Shown here in pieces: positions 12,170-23,244 of a stretch of 64,000 nt of DNA. The stretch spans positions 5,334,001 to 5,398,000 of the forward strand of contig CM075998.1 of NCBI GenBank assembly GCA_038087875.1, given 5' to 3'. The notes beneath the pieces are model-generated. The model ran no database searches, was not told where the DNA came from, and was given only the letters and a program-made list of their open reading frames with translations. The translations under genes were made by a program, and so were the position numbers. The first letter of the stretch is position 1. The number at the start of each line of letters is the position of its first letter. Origin of the DNA: Malacoraja senta. Lineage: Eukaryota.

Positions 12170-12722
12170 GAGGCTGCATTTTGGAGTATTGTGTTCAGTT
12201 TTGGAGGACAGATGCCATTAATCTGTAAAGAAAGCCCTGGTAGTGAAGATTTACGAGAATGTTACCCGGACTTGTGGGCCTGAGCTTTCGGGAGAGGTTG
12301 GGTCCGCTCGGACTCTATTCCTTGGAGCACAGGAGGCAGAGGTATGACTTATAATGGTGTATAAGACCAGGAGGGGACAGATAGGGTGAATATACAGCAT
12401 CTTTTTCCAAGAGTATGGGAATCAATAATTAGAGGGCATGGGTTTAAGGTGAGAGGGGCAAGATTTAATAGGAGCCTGAGGGGCAACTTTTCTACAGAGA
12501 AGGGATGGGTGTATGGAACGAGCTGCCAGAGGAAGTTAGTTGAGGTTGATACGATAACAACATCTAAAAAGACAGTTGGACAGGTACATGGACAGGACAG
12601 GTTTGGAGGGATATGGGCCAAGCACAGGCAGGTGGGACTAGAGTAGATGGGGCAACTTGGTCAGCATGGGTAATTTGGGCTGAAGGGCCTGCTTCCATGC
12701 TGTATCAGTCTATGACTCTATG
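12170..12722 (+). mobile_element. CR1-clade LINE 3' fragment
   Basis: Degenerate HLEYCVQFW to RGHGFKVRG..FNRSLRGNF plus 3' UTR. Confidence 0.8.
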
Positions 12723-12765
12723 AATACCATTTCAGTTCTGCCTTGACCAATATTTCAGAGAATAG

Positions 12766-13082
12766 TGCGTCACGGTGGTGCAGCGGTGGAGTTGCTGCCT
12801 CACAGCGCCAGAGACCCGGGTTCCATCCTGACTACGGGTGCTGTCTGTATGGAGTTTGTACGTTCTCCCCGTGACCTGTGTGGGTTTTCTCTGGGTGCTC
12901 CGGTTTCCTCCCACACTCCAAAGACATGCGGGTTTGCAGGTTAATTGGCTTGGTAAAATTGTAAATTGTCCCTAGTGTGTGTGTAGGAGAGTGTTAGTGT
13001 GCGGGGATCGCTGGCCGGCACGGACTCGGTGGGCTGAAGGGCCTGTTTCCGTGCTGTATCTGTAAAACTAAACGAAACTAAT
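12766..13082 (+). mobile_element. HE1-like V-SINE
   Basis: A/B boxes, V-domain, (AAACT)n tail. Confidence 0.9.
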
Positions 13083-13659
13083 TAATGACGTGCTCTTGGA
13101 CTTAATTCATGTGCTAGTGACAACTCAGGCCTTCGATGACTGTGTCTCTCATTTGATCTTTTTTGTTCAAATGCTCGGTACGAACAGAAACCTGCTCTTA
13201 ATTGTACATTGTTGATTGCTATAGGCCATGTTCCCAAGCGATCTACAAATTTAAGATTATTCCATTAATAACCCCCTGGCCAAGCACTTAACACAGGTCA
13301 CTGACCTTGTGAGGAAGAATGAATGTTTGAAGCAAAGCTTCAAATAAAAACTCCCATTAATTCCTCGACATCCTCTCATGCTCACACCCTTTGGAGTTTA
13401 TTGCACCGCTTGCATTTTCAACGTCTCCAATGCTTTTGTCTTCAAGTGCTTACTGGTAAATCATCCCAAATATTTATCAACCTTTGACGAAATGCCCTAC
13501 CTGGGCTCGTCAGTTTTCAATTTATTTTCCCCTCATTTCATGGAGAAGAACCGTTCCTTCTCTCCAGAGATGCTGCCTGTCCCGCTGAGTTACTCCAGCG
13601 TTTTGTGTCAGCCTTCGATTTTAAACCTGCAGTTCCTTCCTACACACTCACCACCCTCT

Positions 13660-14086
13660 CTATTGACTCCATCTACACCTCACGCTGCCTCGGCAAGGCC
13701 AGCAGCATCATCAAGGACCAGTCTCACCCCGGCCACTCCCTCTTCTCCCTCCTCCATCAGGCAAGAGGTACAGAAGTGTGAAAACAAACGCACACACACC
13801 TCCAGATTCAGGGACAGTTCTTCCCGGCTGTTATCAGGCAACTGAACCATCCTACCACAACCAGAGAGCGGTCCTGAACTACTATCTACCTCATTGGTGA
13901 CCCTCGGACTATCCTTGATCGGACTTTGCTGGCTTTACCTTGCACTAAACGTTATTCCCTTATCATGTATCTGTACACTGTAAATGGCTCGATTGTAATC
14001 ATGTATTGTCTTACCGCTGACTGGATAGCACGCAGCAAAAAGCTTTTCACTGTACCTCGGTACCCGTGACAATAAACCAAACTGAA
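13660..14086 (+). mobile_element. Rex/Babar-like LINE 3' fragment
   Basis: Same motif and tail as 1880-2462. Confidence 0.75.
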
Positions 14087-14419
14087 CAATTCCACAACCT
14101 CACTCTTGACTTCCTTGAGATGATATTTAGAGTCACAGGGTCATATACTGTGGAAACAGAGCCTTCGGCCCACTGAGTCTGTGCCAACCTCCAAGCCCCC
14201 ATAGAACATAGAACAGTACAGCGCAGGAACAGGCCCTTCGGCCCACAATGTCCGTGCTGAACATGATGCCGTCAAACCCGTCTCCTCAGCCTGTACATGG
14301 TCCAGACCCTCGGTCCACATGGCTCACTGTGTAGCTCTTCAGTGTTCCCCCACTGACAGAACACGCTCGAACACGATCTATCTTCCCCTCTCAACCCCAT
14401 TCTCCTGCCCTCTCCCCGG

Positions 14420-14742
14420 TGGCACCGTGGCGCAGCGGTAGAGCTGCTGCCTTACAGCGCTTACAGCGCCAGAGACAGGGGTTCGATCCTGACTACGGGT
14501 GCTGTCTGTACGGAGTTTGCACGCTCTCCCCGTGACCTGCGTGGGTTTTCTCCGAGATCTTCGGTCTCTTCCCACACTCTAAAGACGTGCAGGTTTGTAG
14601 GTTGATTAGCTTGGTATAAGCGTAAATTGTCCCTAGTGTGTGTGGGATAGTGTTAATGTGCGGGGATCGCTGGTCAGCGCGGACTCGGTGGTTCGATGTC
14701 ATGTTTCCACGCTGTATCTCTAAACTAGACTAAACTAAACTA
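14420..14742 (+). mobile_element. HE1-like V-SINE
   Basis: A/B boxes, V-domain, tail. Confidence 0.9.
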
Positions 14743-14749
14743 ATCGAAA

Positions 14750-15280
14750 CCACTGACACCCATACCAATCAGGAATCTGTCCATCTCCGCCTCAAACATA
14801 TTTCACTGACTTGGCCTCACAGCCGTCTGTGGCAATGAATTCCACAGATTCACCACCCTCGGGCTAAAGAAATTTCTACTCATCTCCTTCCTAAAGGTAC
14901 GTCCTTTAATTCTGAGGCTGTGCCCTCTGGTCCTAGACTCTCCCACTAGTGGAAACATCCTCTCCACATCCACTCTATCCAAGCCATTTTGGGATCGAAT
15001 ATAGAACAGTACAGCACAGGAAGAGGCCCTTCTGCTGAACATGAAGCCAATACCACCTCTTATCTGCCTGCATGTGATCCATATCCCTCCATTCCCTGCA
15101 TATCCACGTGCCTATCCAAAACACCACTATCGTATCTGCCTCCACCACCACCCCTGGCAGTGCGTTCCAGGCACCCACCACCCTCTGTGTAAAAAAAACC
15201 TGCCCCACACATCTCCTTTAAACTTTCCCCTCTCATCCTAAACCTATGCCCTCTAGTGTTTGATTTTCCCATTCTGGGAT
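14750..15280 (-). mobile_element. CR1-clade LINE 3' fragments (two subfamilies)
   Basis: ORFs 14803-15042 and 14975-15208 show GLDRVDVERMFP..RVVNLWNSLP and FFTQRVVGAWNALP. Confidence 0.8.
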
Positions 15281-15364
15281 CCGATGGTCCCTGTTCCCAG
15301 GATACATAGGATGTTTCCCCTATATAAGGTGACATGGCCTATAAGATGATAAAGCATAAGACAA

Positions 15365-15935
15365 CTTTAGTATTGTGAGCAGTTTTGGGCCCCATATCTG
15401 AGGAAGGATGTGCTGGCTTCTGGAGAGGATCCAGAGGAGGTTTACAAGAATGATCCTTGGATTGATTGGATTAACCTATGATGAGCGTTTGTCGGCACTG
15501 GGCCTGTACTCGCTGGAGTTTAGAAGAATGAGGGGTGGACCTCATTGAACTTACCGAATAGTGAATGGCCTGGATAGAGTGGATGTGGAGAGCATGTTTC
15601 CACCAGTGGGAGAGTCTAGGACTAGAGGTCACAGCCTCGGAATTAAAGGACGTTATTTTTGGGAAGGAGATGAGGAGGAATTTCTTTAGTCAGGGTGGTG
15701 AATCTGTGGAATTCTTTGCCACAGACGGCTGTGGAGGCCAAGTCAGTGGTTATCTTCAAGGCAGAGATAGATAGATTCTTGATTAGTACGGGTGTCAGAG
15801 GTTATGGGGAGAAGGCAGGAGAATGGGGTTCGGAGGGAGAAATAGATCAGCCGTGATTGAGCACCGGAGTAGAACATGATGGGCCGAATGGCCTAATTCT
15901 ACTCCTATCACTTATGACCTTATGATCTTATGACC
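15365..15935 (+). mobile_element. CR1-clade LINE 3' fragment
   Basis: YCEQFWAPYLRKD through the 3' UTR with (TTATGAC)n tail. Confidence 0.85.
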
Positions 15936-16124
15936 TCCAACACCCAGGAACAAAGGAGATGACAGCGAGTTGTGAACACTGCCTGGTCCATCTCAGGGAC
16001 TGACCTCCCCACCATTGAAGGGATCTACAGGAGGTGCTGCCTCAAAAAAGGCAGCCAGCATCATCAGAGACCCACACCACCCTGGCCACCGCTCTCATCT
16101 CATTACTACCATCAGGAAGTGCTT

Positions 16125-16558
16125 TGTTTAGTTTAGTTTACCATTGTCACGTGTACTGAGGTACAGTGAAAAGCTTTTTTGTGGCAAAAAGACAATACAT
16201 GATTACAATCGAGCTATTCACACTGTATAGATACAGGATAAGGGAATAAACGTTTAGTGCAAGGTAAAGTCCGATCAAAGATAGTCCGAGGGTCTCCAAT
16301 GAGGTAGACGGGAGGTCAGGACCGCTCTCTAGTTGGTGAGAGGACGGTTCAGTTGCCTGATAACAGCCGGGTAGAAACTGCCCCTGAATCTGGAGGTGTG
16401 TGTGCGTTTGTTTTCACACTTCTGTACCTCTTGCCCGATGGGAGAGGGGAGAAGTGGGAGTGGCCGGGGTGAGACTGGTCCTTGATGATGCTGCTGGCCT
16501 TGCCGAGGCAGCGTGAGGTGTAGATGGAGTCAACGGAAGGAAGGGAGGTTGGTTTGCG
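16125..16558 (-). mobile_element. Rex/Babar-like LINE 3' fragment
   Basis: ORF 16349-16585 carries SIYTSRCLGKASSIIKDQSHPGHS. Confidence 0.75.
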
Positions 16559-16850
16559 TGGGCACCTATTGATCGATGTTAGCATTGTAAGTGACTACAT
16601 TCTTTCCGTTGATTAAGTGGGCCTACAGGCTGCAGAAGGATCCTGGGCTTCCCGAGGACTATGATGTTATACTTGATGCAACCAGCAACACTCAGAGTTA
16701 TACTGCTCCAGAGTAAGAACAGAACAGGCTATAAGAATGCCCATGAAGCCTCAGTAACTAGGCCGAGCCTCTTAGACAAAGTCTTTGTTGATTTGTAGCT
16801 CCAGCAGTGCTTTGAGGATTATTTTGTGCCTTGAGTGGACGATCTGGAGA

Positions 16851-17148
16851 ACACGGTGGCGCAGCGGTAGAGTTGCTGCCTCACAGCGCCAGAGACCCGG
16901 GTTCCATCCTGACTACCGGGTGCTGTCTGTACGGAGTTTGTACCTTCTCCCCGTGACCTGCGTGGGTTTTCTACGGGATCTCCGGTTTCTTCCCACACTC
17001 CAAAGACGTGCAGGTTTGTCGGTTAATTGGCTTGGTGTAAATGTAAATCCTTGTGTGTGTGGGATAGTGTTAGTGTGCGGGGATCGCCGGTCGGCGCGGG
17101 CTCGGTGGGTCAAAGGGCCTGTTTCCACGCTGTATCTCTAAACTAGAC
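16851..17148 (+). mobile_element. HE1-like V-SINE
   Basis: A/B boxes, V-domain, tail. Confidence 0.9.
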
Positions 17149-17151
17149 TAT

Positions 17152-17490
17152 GTGGGGCGAGTCCAGAACCAGGGGCCACAGTCTTAGAATAAAGGGGAGG
17201 CCATTTAAGACTGAGGTGAGAAAAACGTTTTCACCCAGAGAGTTGGGAATTTATGGGAATTCCCTGTCACAGAGGGCAGTGGAGGCCAAATCACTGGATG
17301 GATTTAAGAGAGAGTTAGTTAGAGCTCTAGGGGCTAGTGGAGTCAAGCGATATGGGGGAGAAGGCAGGCACGGGTTATTGATTGGGGACGATCAGCCATG
17401 ATCACAATGAATGGCGGTGCTGGCTCGAAGGGCAGAATGGCCTCCTCCTGCACCTATTTTCTATGTTTTCTATGTTTCCTATGTTCTAAA
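17152..17490 (+). mobile_element. CR1-clade LINE 3' fragment
   Basis: ESRTRGHSLRIKGRPFKTEVRK; (CTATGTTT)n tail. Confidence 0.85.
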
Positions 17491-18081
17491 CTGAACTAAA
17501 CTAAACTAAACTAACCTAAACACCCACAGTGCAGGAAAGAACTGCAGATGCTGGTTTATCCGAAGAATAGACACAAAACGCTGGAGTAACTCAGTGGGAC
17601 AGGCAGCGGTCTCGACCTGAAACGTCACCTATTCCTTCTCTCTAGAGATGCTGCCTGTCCTGCTAAACACACACAGTATTGAGCAACATAGAGCCATACA
17701 GCATGGAAGCCGGCCCTTTGAGCCGCCTCATCCATGCCGACCAAGGTGCCTTCCCGAGCTAGTGCCATTTGCTTGCGTTCAATAATAGAAACTGCGTAGA
17801 GCAGTACAGCACAGGAACAGGCCCTTCGGCCCACAAATGTCTGTGCCAAACACGATGCTAAGACCAACTGAGATCTGCCTGCACATGATCCACCATCCCT
17901 CCATTCCCTGCATATCATGCCGATGCAATTATGTAACATCGATTCTCGGGTAAGTTAACATTGACGGGTCTATCCAATGTAACTTGCCCCAAAGTAGCCC
18001 AAACGTTCAAAGCTGTGGTTTACAGAGCAAGGCTGGTATTACCTCTTTAAATCTACTAGCCAGCAGGTGTGTTGTATGTGA

Positions 18082-18143
18082 TGAATGGAATGAAAGAATG
18101 AAAGAATGAATGAATGAAAAGAATGAATGAATGAAGAATGAAT
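18082..18143. repeat. (GAAT)n-like microsatellite
   Basis: Imperfect GAAT/GAAA repeats. Confidence 0.85.
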
Positions 18144-18754
18144 ATACTTTATTCCATGTGACAAGTCATAGTGAAATTCGTTGCTTGCGTACCCAAGGTA
18201 TGCAAACAGTCACCATGTAAAGGGTGCTGAGAAAGTTACAAAGTACCTGGTATCCGGGTCAGGGTCCTCCTTTGTTCTTCCCCCCCTCCAACGGCAGTCC
18301 CCCCATGCCGGGTCCCCCATTTTACCTGCATTACCTAACTTTTCAATGTCAGGTCATTTCTCCAAAATGAGTAAAGTAGTAATTTGGTGGAGAGGCAGAG
18401 CATCATTTGTCATCATAATCAGCCGTGGCAGCAGATAGAAAACACTTGACTTATTGAGTTCACCAGGATGTTCCATAATGAGGTGCTAAACAGCTACAGA
18501 GTGCCCACAAGGCAGTGGTTAGTGGGATGAGCTGTTGCTGCAATGGGACAGGTCGAGGGAAGAGCGAGGTACCGGAGGCTCCTTCATCTGTCGACCACCC
18601 TTCCCTTTCCCTGAAGGCAACGTCTCAGTGTGTTCCTCTCTGGAGATGTAACGAGATTGCAGAGCTCCTCATGCCAAGCCCCTCTTGACCTGGCCAAGGT
18701 GCATTGAAAGCCACACAGCTTGTGAATATTCGTACTGATTGAAAGTTAAGCATA

Positions 18755-19195
18755 GGTCTGAGCTTATAGAAAGAGGTTGAGCAGGCTGGGTCTCTATTCC
18801 TTGGAGTGCAGGCGGATGAGGGGTGATCCTATAGAGGTGTATAAAATCATGAGAGGAATAGATCGGGTAGATGCACAGAGTATTTTACCCAGAGTAGGGG
18901 AATCGAGGACCAGAGGACATAGGTTCAAGGTGAAGGGGAAAAGATTTAATAGGAATCTGAAGGGTAACTTTTTCACACAGTGGGTGGTGGGTGTATGGAA
19001 CGAGCTGCCAGAGGAGGTAGTTGAGGCTGGGACTATCCCAACATTTAAGAAACAGTTAGATAGGTACATGGATAGGACAGGTTTGGAGGGATATGGACCA
19101 AATGCAGGCAGGTGGGACTAGTGTAGCTGGGACATGTTGGCCGATGTGGGCAAGTTGGGCTGAAGGCCTGTTTCCACACCGTATCACTCTATCAC
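18755..19195 (+). mobile_element. CR1-clade LINE 3' fragment
   Basis: ORF 18777-19121 is the CR1 ORF2 C-terminus. Confidence 0.88.
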
Positions 19196-19508
19196 CCTAA
19201 GGCTGAAGATTGAATTCTCCAATTTTAGGTAACATCACACCCTCCCCCCTCTTCCCCCTCTCTTCCTTGTGCCTCACCTGGATGTGCACCCATTTCTCCC
19301 AATATCCTGCCCCATTACCCACTTTTACCCCCCTTTCCTGCCCCCCACCTTTCCCCCATCCCCTTTCCCCTTTCCCCATCATTCCGTTCCTCCCCCCTCC
19401 CCCTCCTCATCCTCATTCTTTTTTGCCCTGTCCCATAGAATATCAAACATTCAGCACAGAAACAGGCTCTCCTTCCACGATATCTGTGCCCAACTCAATA
19501 CCTAGCTA

Positions 19509-19743
19509 AAGATAGACACAAAAAGCTGGAGTAACTCAGCGGGACAGACAGCCGGTCTGGAGAGAAGAAATGGGTGATGTTTTGGGTCGAGACCCTTCTT
19601 CAGACTGCCGGTCGGAAGAAGGGTCTCGACCCGAAACATCACCTATTCCTTTTTTCCAGAGATGCTACCCGTCCCGCTGAGTTACTCCAGCATTTTTGGT
19701 GTCTATCTTCGGTTTAAACCAGCATCTGCAGTTCCTTCCTACA
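19509..19743. mobile_element. Penelope-derived fold-back mini-element
   Basis: Head-to-head inverted copies of the terminal repeat centred near 19608. Confidence 0.75.
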
Positions 19744-19999
19744 CGATGCCTAGGTGAACTGATCTCATCTGCCTGTACACACATTCCCCTGCCCCCCCCC
19801 CCCCCATGGTCCATTTATTACGAGAGTTTACATTTGGACAAGTACTTGAATATGAAAGGTTTAGCGTGATATGGGTCAAGCACGGGTCGGTGGGACCAGC
19901 TCTGACAAACGCCCTGGCCAGCATGGATGAATATTCAGATAGGAAATAATGTTTCGGAAGGAATTGCAGATGCCAGTTTACACCAAAGCTAGACACAAA

Positions 20000-20428
20000 G
20001 TGCTGGAGTAACTCAGCGGGTCAGGCAGCATCTGTGGAGAACATGGATAGGTGACGTTTCACAGAGTGCTGGAGGAACTCAGCGGGTCAGGCAGCATCTG
20101 TGGAGCGAAGGAAATGGGCAACCTTTCGGGCCGAAACCCTGAAGGAAATAGGCAACGTTTCGGGCCGAAACCCGGAAGGGTTTCGGGCCGAAACGTTGCC
20201 TATTTCCTTCGCTCCATAGATGCTGCCGGAACATGGATAGGTGACGTTTCCCAGAGTGCTGGAGTAACTCAGCGGGTCAGGCAGCATCTGTGGAGAACAT
20301 GGATAGGTGACGTTTCACAGAGTGCTGGAGTAACTCAGCGGGTCAGGCAGCATCTGTGGAGAACATGGATAGGTGACGTTTCACAGAGTGCTGGAGTAAC
20401 TCAGCGGGTCAGGCAGCATCTGTGGAGA
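20000..20428. repeat. 66-bp tandem array with palindromic cassette at about 20103-20230
   Basis: Same unit and cassette as 5941-6832, reverse complement. Confidence 0.95.
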
Positions 20429-20842
20429 AACATAGAAACATAGAAACATAGAAATTAGGTGCAGGAGTAGGCCATTCGGCCCTTCGAGCCTGCACCGCCA
20501 TTCAATATGATCATGGCTGATCATCCAACTCAGTATCCCGTACCTGCCTTCTCTCCATACCCTCTGATCCCTTTAGCCACAAGGGCCACATCTAACTCCC
20601 TCTTAAATATAGCCAATGAACTGGCCTCAACTACCCTCTGTGGCAGAGAGTTCCAGAGATTCACCGCTCTCTGTGTGAAAAAAGTTCTTCTCATCTCGGT
20701 TTTAAAGGATTTCCCCCTTATCCTCAAGCTGTGACCCCTTGTCCTGGACTTCCCCAACATCGGGAGCAATCTGCCTGCATCTAGCCTGTCCAACCCCTTA
20801 AGAATTTTGTAAGTTTCTATAAGATCCCCTCTCAATCTCCTA
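20429..20842 (-). mobile_element. CR1-clade LINE 3' fragment
   Basis: ORF 20530-20835; (CATAGAAA)n tail. Confidence 0.88.
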
Positions 20843-21243
20843 AATATGAAAGGTTTAGCGGGATATGGGTCAAGCGCGGGTAGGTGGGACCAGCTCTGAC
20901 AAACGCTGATAGGTGACGTTTCGGGTCAAGACCCTTCTAATGCAATTCGGTTGCCTTCAGTATAATTTGACAATAAGTTCTTCGATTGCTTCTACCACAA
21001 GACATGATGCAATGATGCTCTCTGGCAATATCTTGCACTGTATTTCCAGGAGGATTAGTTGCTGGATAAGGTAACACTCTAGTTTGCAAACATGAAAAGC
21101 AAGTTTATTGATGAAAAGCACTCTTGGATAATGTAAAAGGCTGTTTTCTCCTCTCCATGTGAAACAAGAATTTGCTTGACAAGGCAACAGCAATAAAGGC
21201 AAGAGACCTCTTTTGCGTGACACCTTGCAAAGGAGTGACTTAC

Positions 21244-21373
21244 AGCTTAAAAGGTTTGGATCCTTTTGAAGACAGAAAGGTAGACGAGTTGTCCTCGGAA
21301 TAGTTACCATCTGGCTTCGATGCGGGAAATGGATATTTGGAGAGTTTTGGCCTTTTGGTGCACTGAGCATGGA
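21244..21373 (-). other. Candidate internal exon of an unidentified gene (130 nt)
   Basis: Branch-like ACTAAT plus ATATATGCAG acceptor, donor CT|GTAAGT. Frame HAQCTKRPKLSKYPFPASKPDGNYSEDNSSTFLSSKGSKPFK is phase-compatible with 7544-7673. No homolog recognised. Confidence 0.25.
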
Positions 21374-21585
21374 CTGCATATATCATTAGTTGTCGATAGT
21401 AAAATTGGACAAAGTGATATTACAAGCAGAATTATGCAAGCAAACCACACCTGTGTTATTCCCAATGGAACGTTATCCGGTTTAGCACAGGTGCAAGACT
21501 GTCGCCCACCAACATTAGAAAACCATCAGCCCTTAAAGGCGTAGTCTTGTGTTAACCAGATAGTGGACGGTGTGGAATGAGAGGG

Positions 21586-22553
21586 TTCCACCTTCCGCAG
21601 AGTCTGTTCCCTCCGCAACTCCCTGGTTAACTCGTCCCTTCCCACCCAAACCACCCCCTCCCCAGGTACTTTCCTCTGCAACCGCAGGAGATGCAACACC
21701 TGTCCCTTTACCTCCTCCCTTGACTCCATCCAAGGACCCCGACAGTCTTTCCAGGTGGGGCAGAGGGTCACTTGCACCTCCTCCAACCTCATCTACTGTA
21801 TCCGCTGTTCCAGGTGTGGACTCCTATATATCGGCGAGACCAAGCGCAGGCACGGCGATTGTTTCGCTGAACACCTCCACTCGGTCTGCCTAAACCTACC
21901 TGATCACCCGATGGCTCAACACTTTAACTCCCCTTCTCATTCCCACACTGACCTTTCTGTCCTGGGCCTCCTCCATTGTCAGAGTGAGGCCCAGCGCAAA
22001 TTGGGGGAACAGCACCTCATATTTTGCTTGGGTAGTTTACACCCCAGTGGTATGAACATTGATTTCTCTAACTTCAACTTACCTTTGTTTTCCCTCTCTC
22101 TGCATCCCTCCCACTTCCCAGTTCCCCGACCAGTCTTACTGCCTCCGGCTACATTTTATCTCTGGATACTTTCAAGAGAGAGCTTGATCGGGCTCTTGAA
22201 GATAGTGGATTCAGGGGATATGGCAGGAACGGGGTACTGATTGTGGATGATCAGCCATGATCATATTGAATGGCGGTGCTGGCTCCAAGGGCCAAATGGC
22301 CTACTCCTGCACCTATTGTCTATTGTCTATTGCTTTGTTGTCACCTTCTCCCAGCTAACAATGATCTGCTCTACATTTTACTTGAGCTACATCTCTTTTG
22401 ATGTCTCCTGTTCCCACCTTACCCGTCCTTATCTCTATGTCTCCCTCTCCCGTGACTCTCTGTCTGAAGAAGGGTCTCGACGCAAAACGTCACCCATTCC
22501 GTCTCTCCAGAGATGCTGCCTGTCCCGCTGAGTTACTCCAGCGTTTTGTGTCT
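21586..22553 (+). mobile_element. Penelope-like element 3' portion (GIY-YIG endonuclease plus terminal repeat), interrupted by a CR1 tail at about 22160-22330
   Basis: ORF 21755-22240: TCTSSNLIYCIRCSRCGLLYIGETKRR..FAEH..HFNSPSHS..EQHLIF.LGSL.P.GMN, the PLE GIY-YIG signature; terminal repeat CTGAAGAAGGGTCTCGAC at 22464. Confidence 0.9.
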
Positions 22554-23244
22554 AGCATCAGATCGTCTCGCCCATATGAAGTCAAGAGTGTTTATTTGGC
22601 ATGTATACCAACAGCAGAACAATAAAACTCTTACTAGCATCAGCTTAGCATGCCTATAAACACAATAACACAAAGATAATCAGCAATACAATAAATTAAT
22701 CATCGTAAAACCAGGCAACCCATGAGAGAGCAAAAACCTAAGTCCATAAATCAAAGGCGCAGTCCATAGAAGATCACAGTTGCTGAGGTTAGTGTCATGA
22801 GTGTCCACGTGGCGGGGCTGGAAACTGGAAGTATCCTGAGCTAATTCTGCCACCAGCATCATCTATTGCAACAAGTGATGGCTTCCACTGATTGTCGCCG
22901 GAAGCTTGCGTCCTTTTCAGGATGGACGATCATAGCGATGTCAACATTTGAAACATGGAAGGTGGCCACGAAAGAAGAAGAAGAAGTGTTGTGTAGAGTT
23001 CAAGAGGCTGATGGTTGCTGGTTAGAAGTTGGTGCTCTCGTTTTTTTCGTCTTCCATGCCTACTCTCCCATCAGGCAAGAGGTACAGAAGTGTGAAAACG
23101 CACACCACCAGATTCAGGGACCGTTTCTTCCCAGCTGTTATCAGGCAACTGAACCGTCTTATCAACAAAAGATAGACACAAAATGCTGGAGTAACTCAGC
23201 GGGACAGGCAGCATCTCTGGAGAGAAGGAAAGGGTAACGTTTCG

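Noticed and set aside
20957..21379. 140-aa ORF as a single-exon gene
   Set aside because: Non-ATG start, no recognisable domain, and it reads through a donor-like site; only a low-confidence exon call is kept.
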